Below are positions 53,857 through 64,000 of a stretch of 64,000 nucleotides of DNA, piece after piece. A program made the position numbers and the translations under genes. This DNA comes from Basidiobolus meristosporus CBS 931.73 (lineage: Eukaryota; Fungi; Basidiobolomycota). Numbering within the stretch: the first letter of the stretch is position 1; each line of letters starts with the position of its first letter. The notes beneath the pieces are model-generated. The model saw only the letters and a list, made by a program, of their open reading frames with translations. It searched no databases and had not been told where the DNA came from. Location of the stretch: positions 1-64,000 of the forward strand of contig MCFE01000075.1 in assembly GCA_002104905.1 (NCBI GenBank), given 5' to 3'.

Positions 53857-54642
53857 GTTTGTTTATGGGACGGTGGGGGGTACATTTCGAGTCTTTATAA
53901 ACCTTCTTAGGGATCGTTTCGGGTAAGCCGGAGAGTGCCTGCATTTCATGTGACCGGGATCGTGTCGTCTCTTCCACCTGTGTCGCCAACGCTACGTTCA
54001 GTCTAGCCTGACAAACGAGATAGTACCGCCTGCCAGCGCCCGACCCATTGGTCAAGGCTCCCTTATGCGTGAGGTAGCATTGGTTAGGGCTGATCCTTTC
54101 GAATCTCTCTTCACAATCGTACGTGAGTCAGTGCAAAGCGGGAACCGAATTTAGTGGCGCGCATTTGTCAGAGATCACTAGTGCAAATCTCTCACCAATC
54201 AGGGGCTTTGTTGTAGTCAGAACGAAATGCCTGGTATGACTGCTCTTTATCGAGTTCCTCAGGTCCCCACTGCCCAATTCTATTCCCCGATGAGCCCACA
54301 TTTCCCGCAAGTGTGAATCAAGTTTCAGATCATGTAAGAATGCGAAACAACTCGGATCTCGCACGATGCCTTGGTTACATATCAGCATCATCATTGCATG
54401 AACCAAGCAATCATAGGTGGTATGCAGACTAATAGTTACTTTATTCCAATGATGGTGCAGATGAGGATGGGGGTGAGGGTCAAGGTCAGGGTCAGGGTCA
54501 GGGTGGGGTTGAGGCTGACGCTGAAGTTAGGTTGGTAAATATGTGTAATGGATGTGGCGATGGATGTGCGGCTAAGGAAAAGATGCAGGTATGTCTTGTG
54601 TGCATGTTGGCTGAAAGTGACTTGCTAAAGAGTTGAGATGCT

Positions 54643-56343
54643 TTATACAGTGGCTGCAAAATATTTCGGAGCATATGCTGCGAACGAGAAGATCAATCCG
54701 GCAACCAGTCCCGCGCATGGGAGAGTGAGGATCCATGAGAAAAAGCACCAGCCAATCATTCGCCAGTTGATCGTCTTGGCGCTGCCGTTGCAAAGTCCTA
54801 CCGCCGTGGTAGCCCCAGTGATGCAATGTGTGGTCGAGACCGGAAGTCCAATCTTCGAGGCGGTGAGGACGGTGAGACAACTTCCTAGTTCCATACTGAA
54901 CCCACGAGATGGCGAGTGATAGGTGATCTTGTTTCCGAGTGACCGCATGATGTTGTAGCCAAAGGTCAACAGCCCGATGTCGATGAACACACCGCCAAGG
55001 GCAAGGATCCACAGTGGTACTGGGGTCTTGCCACTCAGATCGACAGTTGCGGTGCTCCAGATGTAGTACACGGTGGAGAGAGGACCCACAGCGTTGGCAA
55101 CGTCATTTGAGCCGTGAGCGAAACTGGCCATACTCGCGGTGACGACCTGAATGAAGCTGTACATGTACTCGGTGTCATCATCGTAACGATCGGCGGCATC
55201 ATGGATCTTCTGGAGTCTCTCCTCCTTACAGTTGACCACATCATGTTGCACACCAGCAAGCACGATCTTCTTGAACTTCTTGAAGAGGGAGTTGGGGGAG
55301 GATTCTTCGGTGGCCTCGAGTTTTCCTTCACCCTTGACCTCGTCCTCGTTCAATTCCAGGGCGACCTCGGCCTTGGGGGGACGAGGGCCAAGGGTGGGGA
55401 TGATGAAGACATGGTACCAACGAAGGTCCTCCTTCTCGTGGATCGTGCGACGGAACCAAGGGGCAATGAAGAACCAGCAGAAGAGCATGATAAGAACGGT
55501 GATGCCGGCGGTAAGGCCCCACACCAAACCGACATTATTCTTGGTGAGCTCCTTGAAGCCAGGGGCTTTGTAGAAGACGTAGAACATCGAGATGAACGTG
55601 GTCAGGCCAAAGTAGAATGGGATCGCACGGAGGCCACGCTCGAATGAGTTTGGCTTGGTCAGCACAAGAAGCTTGGTGGACATGTAGATGATACTGGCGG
55701 CGATACCGGCGGCGATGGGAGAAACGAACCAGGAGGTCACGATCTTGGCAACTCCGCTGTATCCCCAGTCAACACTGTTGACACCGAATGCGGCAATGCC
55801 TACCCCAATGATGGCGCCAACAATGGAGTGAGTGGTCGACACGGGCCATCCGTTGCGAGTGGCGAAGAGAACCCAGGTCGATGATCCGATGACTGCACAC
55901 ACCATGGCAAGCTACAGAATGAAAAGTAAGAGTGCAAGGTTAGTGACCAGCTTCTTGAGGAGTTCATGACGAGGTGAGGGGGGGGGAAGCCGGTGAAGGC
56001 GAGAGTGAGGGAGATGGGGTGTGTTCGGATTGGAGGGGTTATGGACAAAACGACGAATACTAACCATAAGGAGTTCAGGCTGACCGGCAAAGTTCTCGAG
56101 GGCAATGATCTTTCCACGAATGGTCTCGGAGGTACCGGAGCCAAGAAGGAAGGCACCGAAGAACTCGGTGAATACGGCAATGGCACAGGCTTGACCAAGG
56201 GTCAGTGACTTGGAGGCGACAGAGGTAGAGAAGGAGTTGGCAACGTCATTGGCCCCGATGCCATAGGCGTCCAGCATGGCAAACAAGAGGCCAAGTACGA
56301 AAAGCCAGGTGAAATCATGAATCTCCATGGTTGATTTAGTCAA
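54643..56343 (-). CDS. PHO89: PHO4-family (PiT) Na+/phosphate symporter, copy A, 2 exons
   Basis: GIGANDVANSFSTSV, PVSTTHSIVG, FAHGSNDVANAVGP, PVSTTHC; exons 56343-56065 and 55911-54643. Confidence 0.95.
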
Positions 56344-57049
56344 GCTGGTGGTAGTGGGAACCTCGAGTGGACTTCAGTTGAACGAATAGCCAAGGGGATG
56401 AGCTGAGGAGTTATATAGGATGATGGTCAGCACTCGGCTAGATTAACTCGATCCGATAGCAATTGTGCATGTTGTCTACCGCTGACGCTATTGGATTGAT
56501 AGTGTTCCCACCCAGAAAAAGTCACAAACGTGATCATCTCTTCTATATTTACCACATGTTTGCATTCTGCAAAACTACTGGATAGCCCGAAGGAACCAAC
56601 TTTTTTGCTAAGCCGTGTGAGACCCTCAAATTTGATCTTCGTGCGACCAACTCTAACCTTTAAGTGAGCCTGAACGAAATTCGGACGAAGTGTTCCTAAA
56701 TAGAGGCATATTGCGGGTTGGAAAATCGCCTTCCAATTAATTGGATTTTCGTACCCTCGCGGCACAACGAGCGATCGACCCAAATAGGTTAGATTGCTGC
56801 AGGGATCCGTTTCTATCTGGAATAGGGTTCGATTCGTTGTAGCACGCATCATATCCACTGCCAATCGATGGTGATACCATTTGTAGAAATCCCGAATATG
56901 CATCACAGCTGGCGGTCAGTTAACGGTCTAATGGCGTGCCTACGAAAGGTGGTAGACCAGGTATCACGATGGCTATCTATTGACCGAATATTGTGGAATC
57001 ACGAGGGATGGTTTATTATCGATTTATGAGTGCTGTACAAGATTGGTGA

Positions 57050-58750
57050 CTATTGAGTGGCGGCAAAGTATTTGGGGGCATATGCTGCGAACGAGAAGAT
57101 CAATCCGGCAACCAGTCCCGCGCATGGGAGAGTGAGGATCCATGAGAAAAAGCACCAGCCAATCATTCGCCAGTTGATCGTCTTGGCGCTGCCGTTGCAA
57201 AGTCCTACCGCCGTGGTAGCCCCAGTGATGCAATGTGTGGTCGAGACCGGAAGTCCAATCTTCGAGGCGGTGAGGACGGTGAGACAACTTCCTAGTTCCA
57301 TACTGAACCCACGAGATGGCGAGTGATAGGTGATCTTGTTTCCGAGTGACCGCATGATGTTGTAGCCAAAGGTCAACAGCCCGATGTCGATGAACACACC
57401 GCCAAGGGCAAGGATCCACAGTGGTACTGGGGTCTTGCCACTCAGATCGACAGTTGCGGTGCTCCAGATGTAGTACACGGTGGAGAGAGGACCCACAGCG
57501 TTGGCAACGTCATTTGAGCCGTGAGCGAAACTGGCCATACTCGCGGTGACGACCTGAATGAAGCTGTACATGTACTCGGTGTCATCATCGTAACGATCGG
57601 CGGCATCATGGATCTTCTGGAGTCTCTCCTCCTTACAGTTGACCACATCATGTTGCACACCAGCAAGCACGATCTTCTTGAACTTCTTGAAGAGGGAGTT
57701 GGGGGAGGATTCTTCGGTGGCCTCGAGTTTTCCTTCACCCTTGATCTCGTCCTCGTTCAATTCCAGGGCGACCTCGGCCTTGGGGGGACGGGGGCCAAGG
57801 GTGGGGATGATGAAGACATGGTACCAACGAAGGTCCTCCTTCTCGTGGATCTTGCGACGGAACCAAGGGGCAATGAAGAACCAGCAGAAGAGCATGATAA
57901 GAACGGTGATACCGGCGGTGAGGCCCCACACCAAACCGACATTGTTCTTGGTGAGCTCCTTGAAGCCAGGGGCTTTGTAGAAGACGTAGAACATCGAGAT
58001 GAACGTGGTCAGGCCAAAGTAGAATGGGATCGCACGGAGGCCACGCTCGAATGAGTTTGGCTTGGTCAGCACAAGAAGCTTGGTGGACATGTAGATGATA
58101 CTGGCGGCGATACCGGCGGCGATGGGAGAAACGAACCAGGAGGTCACGATCTTGGCAACTCCGCTGTATCCCCAGTCAACACTGTTGACACCGAATGCGG
58201 CAATGCCTACCCCAATGATGGCGCCAACAATGGAGTGAGTGGTCGACACGGGCCATCCGTTGCGAGTGGCGAAGAGAACCCAGGTCGATGATCCGATGAC
58301 TGCACACACCATGGCAAGCTACAGAATGAAAAGTAAGAGTGCAAGGTTAGTGACCAGCTTCTTGAGGAGTTCATGACGAGGTGAGGGGGGGGGAAGCCGG
58401 TGAAGGCGAGAGTGAGGGAGATAGGGTGTGTTTGGACTGGAGGGGTTATGGGCAAAACGACGAATACTAACCATAAGGAGTTCAGGCTGACCGGCAAAGT
58501 TCTCGAGGGCAATGATCTTTCCACGAATGGTCTCGGAGGTACCGGAGCCAAGAAGGAAGGCACCGAAGAACTCGGTGAATACGGCAATGGCACAGGCTTG
58601 ACCAAGGGTCAGCGACTTGGAGGCGACAGAAGTAGAGAAGGAGTTGGCAACGTCATTGGCCCCGATGCCATAGGCGTCCAGCATGGCAAACAAGAGGCCA
58701 AGTACGAAAAGCCAGGTGAAATCATGAATCTCCATGGTTGATTTAGTCAA
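57050..58750 (-). CDS. PHO89: PHO4-family (PiT) Na+/phosphate symporter, copy B, 2 exons
   Basis: Same motifs as copy A; exons 58750-58472 and 58318-57050. Confidence 0.95.
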
Positions 58751-59689
58751 GCTGGTGGTAGTGGGAACCTCGAGTGGACTTCAGTTGAACGAATAGCCAA
58801 GGGGATGAGCTGAGGAGTTATATAGGATGATGGTCAGCATTCGGCTAGATTAACTCGACCCGGTAGCGATTGTGCATGTCGTCCACCGCCGACACTATTG
58901 GGTTGACGACGGCCATATTCATATCAAGCCAAAAATGTGGGTCCGGGCATTCTGTGACACCGCATGGTGGGATCCTCGACCTTGACTGGCTTGCCGAACC
59001 GATTTTAGGTTGGTTACCACTTAATTTACCGCCACCCTGTCCGACACAAAACGCACTTAACTTTTGCAGCGATATCCGGAAATCAAGGTGTGCTGGGACG
59101 ATCGGTCGGATTCGATAGCGCAATCGCCTTTCAAAGGGCATTGGCCCTTGAGCCATCGAAGTGAAGTCAGTGGCCCACTTTTTTGGTCGACGGGATTGGA
59201 GTCCCTGTGATTGGTCGGTCAGCTTGGCTCACGAAAAGGTTAGATTGGTTTGTTAAATGATCTTGTGACATGAGGGTGTTGATTATCAGAGTTGGGTCAT
59301 GGTGATTGCTTTCCCCCGCACGCGGTTGCCATGAACTAGAGGATCGCATATTCAATTCGTTCCCACCCGATATCTTTACTGATTCCTTGATCATGTTTGG
59401 TCAGTTTCTCGAGAATGGCAATCCCTTTGGTCGCAAGTGTTTGGTACTCTCCCCATATTCCTGATATTTCGCCATTCGGTACGGAGCCCCTTGGTGTTCT
59501 TGCACTAGTTGCCTTGAAAATCTGGCTTCCGGAAATGCCTAAACCCTGGGCAGATCCACCAATCCTCTTTCTCGATAGATCCCTATACTGAGCCGCATGA
59601 GATAAAGCGCGGTAACCTAAGCAATACTTGTTTTCGGGGAAGTTTGGAGCTTTGGAAATCCATCCCATTTGTCCCATGGGAAATCGTCA

Positions 59690-60151
59690 TGTTGTAAGCA
59701 GCTCCGTGACTTGGGATTGGTTTGGCAAGAATTTGGATCCATTGTGCTGCAGATTCTTGCGTGGAAAGTGAGTAAATTGGCTTCTCCTTGGTAATCTGCC
59801 AAGGTCAGCTGGAAATCCTATTTTGGGACCAGGGTGGTAGCATCTGTATGCCATCATTAACGGGTGCCCCTTAAAGTCCTTATGTGGAGCTTTTACTCCT
59901 GATACAGTGGATACACCAGCCAAATGCTGAAAGAAAACAGGTTCATATAGTAGATGTACATGTTGCAAGGGCTTTACATATGTGCAAAGTTTGGGGCTGT
60001 TTGGACAACTTATCTAATTTTCATGTTCTGGGTAAATATTCTAAGTAAATCCCGACAAGGAATTTGGTCAGTATTCTCTAGGATTTGAAGGTAATGATCC
60101 AAGTGACTCAGTTGGGTGAATATTTAGGTGGAATTCCAAATTTTTACAACA
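59690..60151 (-). mobile_element. Putative 3' LTR (462 bp) of a Ty1/Copia element
   Basis: Perfect 8-bp terminal inverted repeats TGTTGTAA...TTACAACA, directly downstream of polypurine tract TTGAGTGGGAG (60152-60162). An internal TGTTGCAA at 59961 is an alternative end. Confidence 0.72.
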
Positions 60152-60500
60152 CTCCCACTCAACTGAATGCTCCTAATGTCTAGTCCTAATTTTGACCTAA
60201 GATAGTCAAACTTGTCTCTAGCTAATGGTTTGATAAATATGTCTGCAATCATTTCATCTGTAGGACAGTAAGCTAAGTTAACTAAGTTACTCTCTATAGC
60301 TTCATGTATGAAGTGATGTCTAATATCTATGTGCTTGGTTCTAGCATGAAAAGTTGGATTTCTACCTAATTGTATACATCCTTGATTATCTTGAAACAAA
60401 GTAATAGGCATTTTTTGACTTATACCTAAGTTTTTAAACAGCTTACTTCATCATATTGCTTCACTGCTACTTTGAATGAGTGCTTCCTGAGTAGAAGTAC
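60152..60500 (-). mobile_element. Ty1/Copia pol RNase H 3' remnant
   Basis: STQEA..EAI**..LFKNLG..PITLFQDNQGCIQLGRNPTFHARTKHIDIRHHFI..YCPTDEMIADIFIKPL..LRSKLGL, followed by PPT. Confidence 0.93.
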
Positions 60501-60921
60501 ACTTTTTCCTTGGTAAATGTTGCACTGGTGCATCTGTGTCTGCCTGGTTTTGCCTTATTGGCACTCTTCCAGCTACCTGACACCTCTTTGATGCTTGTTT
60601 GGAGCTTTTGGCCTGGCTTGTAATGGGCTCTTGAGGAAGTTGCTGGTTTTTAGCCATTGCATCCTTGTTCTTCTGCCTTTGACAGTTTCTACTATGCTTG
60701 AGATATGTTCTTAGCATACCAATTCTGGCTCAAAAAACATTTGCTTGTTTGAATCCAGGATAATGCTCATGGAGCAAGTCAAGTGCATTATGCTTGGCCT
60801 TGAGTTCCTGATAGTCCCATGATATGCTGGCCTTAAGGTGATGAAATGCTAAACTTCAATGTTAGCCTACTCTTCATCATTGTACTTAACTGCTTCACAG
60901 ATCTTCAATATCTTTTGATTT

Positions 60922-61590
60922 TTAGGCTTTAGTACAAACACTAAATTTCTCCCTCCCATGGTGTGATAGGTTTTTCTGTGGGCTTTTCTTTGGGAACTGT
61001 TGTTGTGCTTCAAAGACTGTACGGTGTTCCTCTGCTGTTACATTGGGAAATGGCTCAATTCTTGACTGTGACATTGAGCTACTTGAGTTCCTTCTTTGCA
61101 GCAAAGATACCGCTTTATCTACCTGGGATATTGATTGATCTACACCTTTTATCTGCTCATTCTGTCTCTGGACTGTTTCCTGGCTTCTCTGGGCCAGTAC
61201 ATCTATCCCATCAGCCACTGCACCTAATTGCCTCATCAATGCTTTGACATGAGCTGACAACATACTTGCTAATATAGGTGGTGGTAATGTTATGACAGCC
61301 ACTTACTGGTCTTCCACTGAAGGTACTGCTTTTGCTATATTCTCATCTGCCTCAGCAATATGGTCAGCTGGTGGCTCTGCAGAGATTGCCAATTGCCTAC
61401 TGGACAGAGAGCCTGAGGAGTCTGCATTATTCCCTTCAGTGGGCACATTGTCCACAGGACCTTTTTTGCTTGTAGGCCTGCATGCTACACTGAATGTCAA
61501 AGCAAGCTGCTGTCCAACCACTCTTCTGCTGCTGTCAGTAGTAGGGTTTAGTTGGGAATCAGACAACTTTGCTTTATTTTTTGGCTGCAC
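60922..61590 (-). pseudogene. Decayed ORF within the TE block (possible transposon accessory gene)
   Basis: ORFs 61590-61303 and 61302-60922 are the same frame, separated by one TAA; coiled-coil-like segment; CpG-depleted like the flanking TEs. Confidence 0.45.
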
Positions 61591-62399
61591 ATATATGGAA
61601 GTGAGTCAAGCCAAAGGGGAAATGGAGTTATATATATGTGTATATGAGGTGCCATAACTTTATTTATAATGCTTACTATGGCAGGTCACCATTGAATCTT
61701 ACATTCATGTAGGTGCAATGTCTCAATCACAAAACTATCTTAAATTCATATGAGACTTACCAATAAAGTGATATAACAGTAATATGTTGTTGAGTCTCAA
61801 ACTGTTTGCCCCATGGACAAGACTACTTTAATTCAATGCCATAAAAGAAGAGAAAAACAGCCATGTGGCTATTGTAGCAAGCCTCTCAGCCATGAAGTAC
61901 ACAGAGAGCATAGGAAGTATTCTAAGGATCATGGCCAGTGCATTACCACACAAGTCATATTTTACCATTCACCAGTCACTACTGTACCAACAATATCTTG
62001 CTGGCCACTTGATATTTCTATAACAGCATTTGGCTATGCTTATCACCTTGCACAAACTGAGTCAGGAGAGTTTGTGACACCTTTAGGCTCACCCCGGCCT
62101 TCCAAATATGGCATGCAGAGTGATAGCTCTGAGGAAGCAGGCTCACTGGTGAATTGTGAGCCTATCTTCCCTTACAACTGTACCCTGCACAAGCCTGACA
62201 GAATCCCATTATGTAATGAGACAACACCTGTGGAAAAAAATTCCAAGGATACTCTATGGAGTCAAGTGAGCCCAGTAATTCATCTAAAGGTGTGTGATGT
62301 GATATTGTGGCCAAAGAAGTGGCACATTTCTACTAATATCAGTAATGGGGGCTTTGAGAAATTACCACTACTTCTTGCAAAAATCATTGCAGGATGCAC

Positions 62400-64000
62400 T
62401 TACCATGTACATGGTTCAAGTAGACAACCATCATGCAGCTGGCAAAATGCAACCCAGAGACTGTCCTGATAACAGCATTTGTTAACAGTTGCATGGTGTT
62501 CACATCAGAGAATGCCTCCATTGCAAGGTGTCTAACTTGTCATGAATCCTCCACCACTGGGGGAAACCATTGTTCACACTGCAGATATATGCCAGTAATA
62601 CCTCATATAAAGAAGCTCATGCAGTTCAACAAATATTTTGTAGCTAGGATACCACACACAGTATCAATCAAGCACAAACACATCAGAATTATTTGATGGC
62701 AATCATCACAAACAACTAAGAAGCAAGGACTACTTTGAAGGTATGTATAACCATGCCCTTGCCTTGGCACTTGATGAATTCTCATTAAACATGTACTCAA
62801 CTAGCAAATACTGCTGGCCACTGACTCTCATCAACCTGAATCTGCTGCCTATCTTATGGTACCAGTGCCAAAATCTGATGGCAGTCTCACTGGTATATGG
62901 GACTAAATTACCATCCAATCTGTATAGCTACCTGTATCCATTGCTGCATGAATGTTGTATGATGTCCAGCTGGACAACATTAAGTGGCTGTTGTGTAAAA
63001 GTGCATATTATTTTCTGCATTGGAAATACCCTAGCCATCAGTAAGAAAGCCAGCTTCTCTGGGCACCATAACTCAAACACATTATTATTACCCAAACACC
63101 AACACTAGGGAGATCATTTTTCCACAGAGAGAATATACATAAGTCAGCACACAGTTGCAGCAAGGTTTGCAAGCTATAAGCCAATGGCCAGAGTATGGAA
63201 TTAACTGGGAACCAGAGATACTTAAGATAGAGGGTATCTGTTGGAGCAAAAGCTTTCCACTGGAAGCAATGCACTTGCTTTGTGACATTATCCCTATACT
63301 GATGGTCAAGTTGTACATGGGGCATTTCAAGCTAAATGAGCCCATTGAGATACCAGAGAAATTTGAAAGAATTGGCAAGATATTACAGAGTATCTGCTAC
63401 CCTAAGTACTTCTCATGGGCTCCAATTAATATTCATACGCATATGCAACAATACAAATGCAAGGACTGGATGAGCTGGATCTGTATTAATTCAAGTGGCC
63501 TTCTGAAGCCATTTCTAACACAAGTACATTAGAAGCATTGGGAGTCATATGTGGACATTGCAGGATTTTTATCCAGGGGCAGATTGCCAGTGCCAACTTG
63601 ACACATCTATAGCTTTTGTGCAAAGAGCTTGGGACAGGATTTGAGCAGTTATACTCCAAACATAAAGCTGAACATGTAGATCTCTGCCACTACTGTATCC
63701 ATTTACTACTCCATTGTGCATGGTGTGTTGAGAATATTAGACCTTGCTTAACCTTTTGGGAGTTTCCTATGGAGCGGATATGTGGGGAGATAGGAAGACA
63801 AGTCAAGGTGCAGGTACTACCATATCCAAACCTCATCAAGAATATTACCATCTAGTATGTCATGGATGTGATGAGTTGGCACATGGAGAAAAGCCAGGAA
63901 GACTTGGAGAATACTTAGGACAGATGGCACATGGAGACACCTATGTCTATAGCATTACAAAGCCAAGCAGCCCCAATGCATGGATAATCAGTTAAGTAAT
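62400..64000 (+). mobile_element. CACTA/En-Spm (Tnp2-family) transposase pseudogene, runs off window end
   Basis: Cys cluster CLTC..CSHC; ALALDEF..WPLTLINLNLLP..GTKLPSNLYSYLYPLLHE; IGNTLA (GDxPA-like); EAMHLL; YKCKDW; IHLLLH..WEFPMERICG; multiple stops and frameshifts. Confidence 0.88.

Larger units (their letters stand above)
54643..58910. repeat. Tandem segmental duplication, ~1.85-kb unit, offset 2407 bp
   Basis: ~54643-56500 matches ~57050-58907, including intron, 5' UTR and TATATAA boxes (56411-56418 and 58818-58825). Confidence 0.97.

Noticed and set aside
56427-56906. 159-aa ORF between the PHO89 copies
   Set aside because: No motifs or codon bias, overlaps copy A's promoter, not present in copy B's flank.
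55114-58054. Duplicated 177-aa and 113-aa plus-strand ORFs
   Set aside because: Antisense shadows of PHO89, duplicated only because the gene is.
56344-59680. Pho4-type CACGTG sites in PHO89 promoters
   Set aside because: None found on reading; a Pho4-like regulon cannot be claimed.
59961-60151. Shorter 191-bp LTR (TGTTG...CAACA)
   Set aside because: The 59690-60151 boundaries give a perfect 8-bp inverted match and better fit the onset of CpG loss; kept only as an alternative.

Overview
Gene-dense eukaryotic (fungal) DNA with short GT-AG introns (mostly ~50-70 nt). The gene set (BRWD/PHIP, DDX42, FAM72, LITAF-like, HGSNAT-like, DIP2) points to an early-diverging fungus (Mucoromycota/Zoopagomycota-like; inferred, not proven). 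About 25 protein genes can be modelled by hand: the 5' end of a DHA2 MFS pump, a BCS1-like AAA ATPase, a zinc-finger-less ZPR1-domain protein, a 4-TM protein, a small double-CRIB protein, BRWD, a coiled-coil protein, DIP2/CMR2, DDX42, a divergent RasGEF, a divergent porin-type beta-barrel, SER3, a 9-exon hypothetical, an intron-free block (LITAF-like, GH20, PHO80/PCL cyclin, HGSNAT-like), ABD1, AP-2 mu, UFD4/TRIP12, FAM72 and two near-identical tandem PHO89 symporters. The last ~4.3 kb is a decayed, extremely CpG-depleted TE block: a Copia 3' end with LTR plus a CACTA/En-Spm transposase remnant. No rRNA, tRNA or CRISPR array was seen. Best leads: the GH20 + HGSNAT-like amino-sugar pair, the ZPR1-like protein, the double-CRIB protein, the divergent beta-barrel, a predicted 2-nt micro-exon and the CpG hypermutation signature. 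All gene models and counts were done by eye without alignment tools; family calls rest on recognised motifs.
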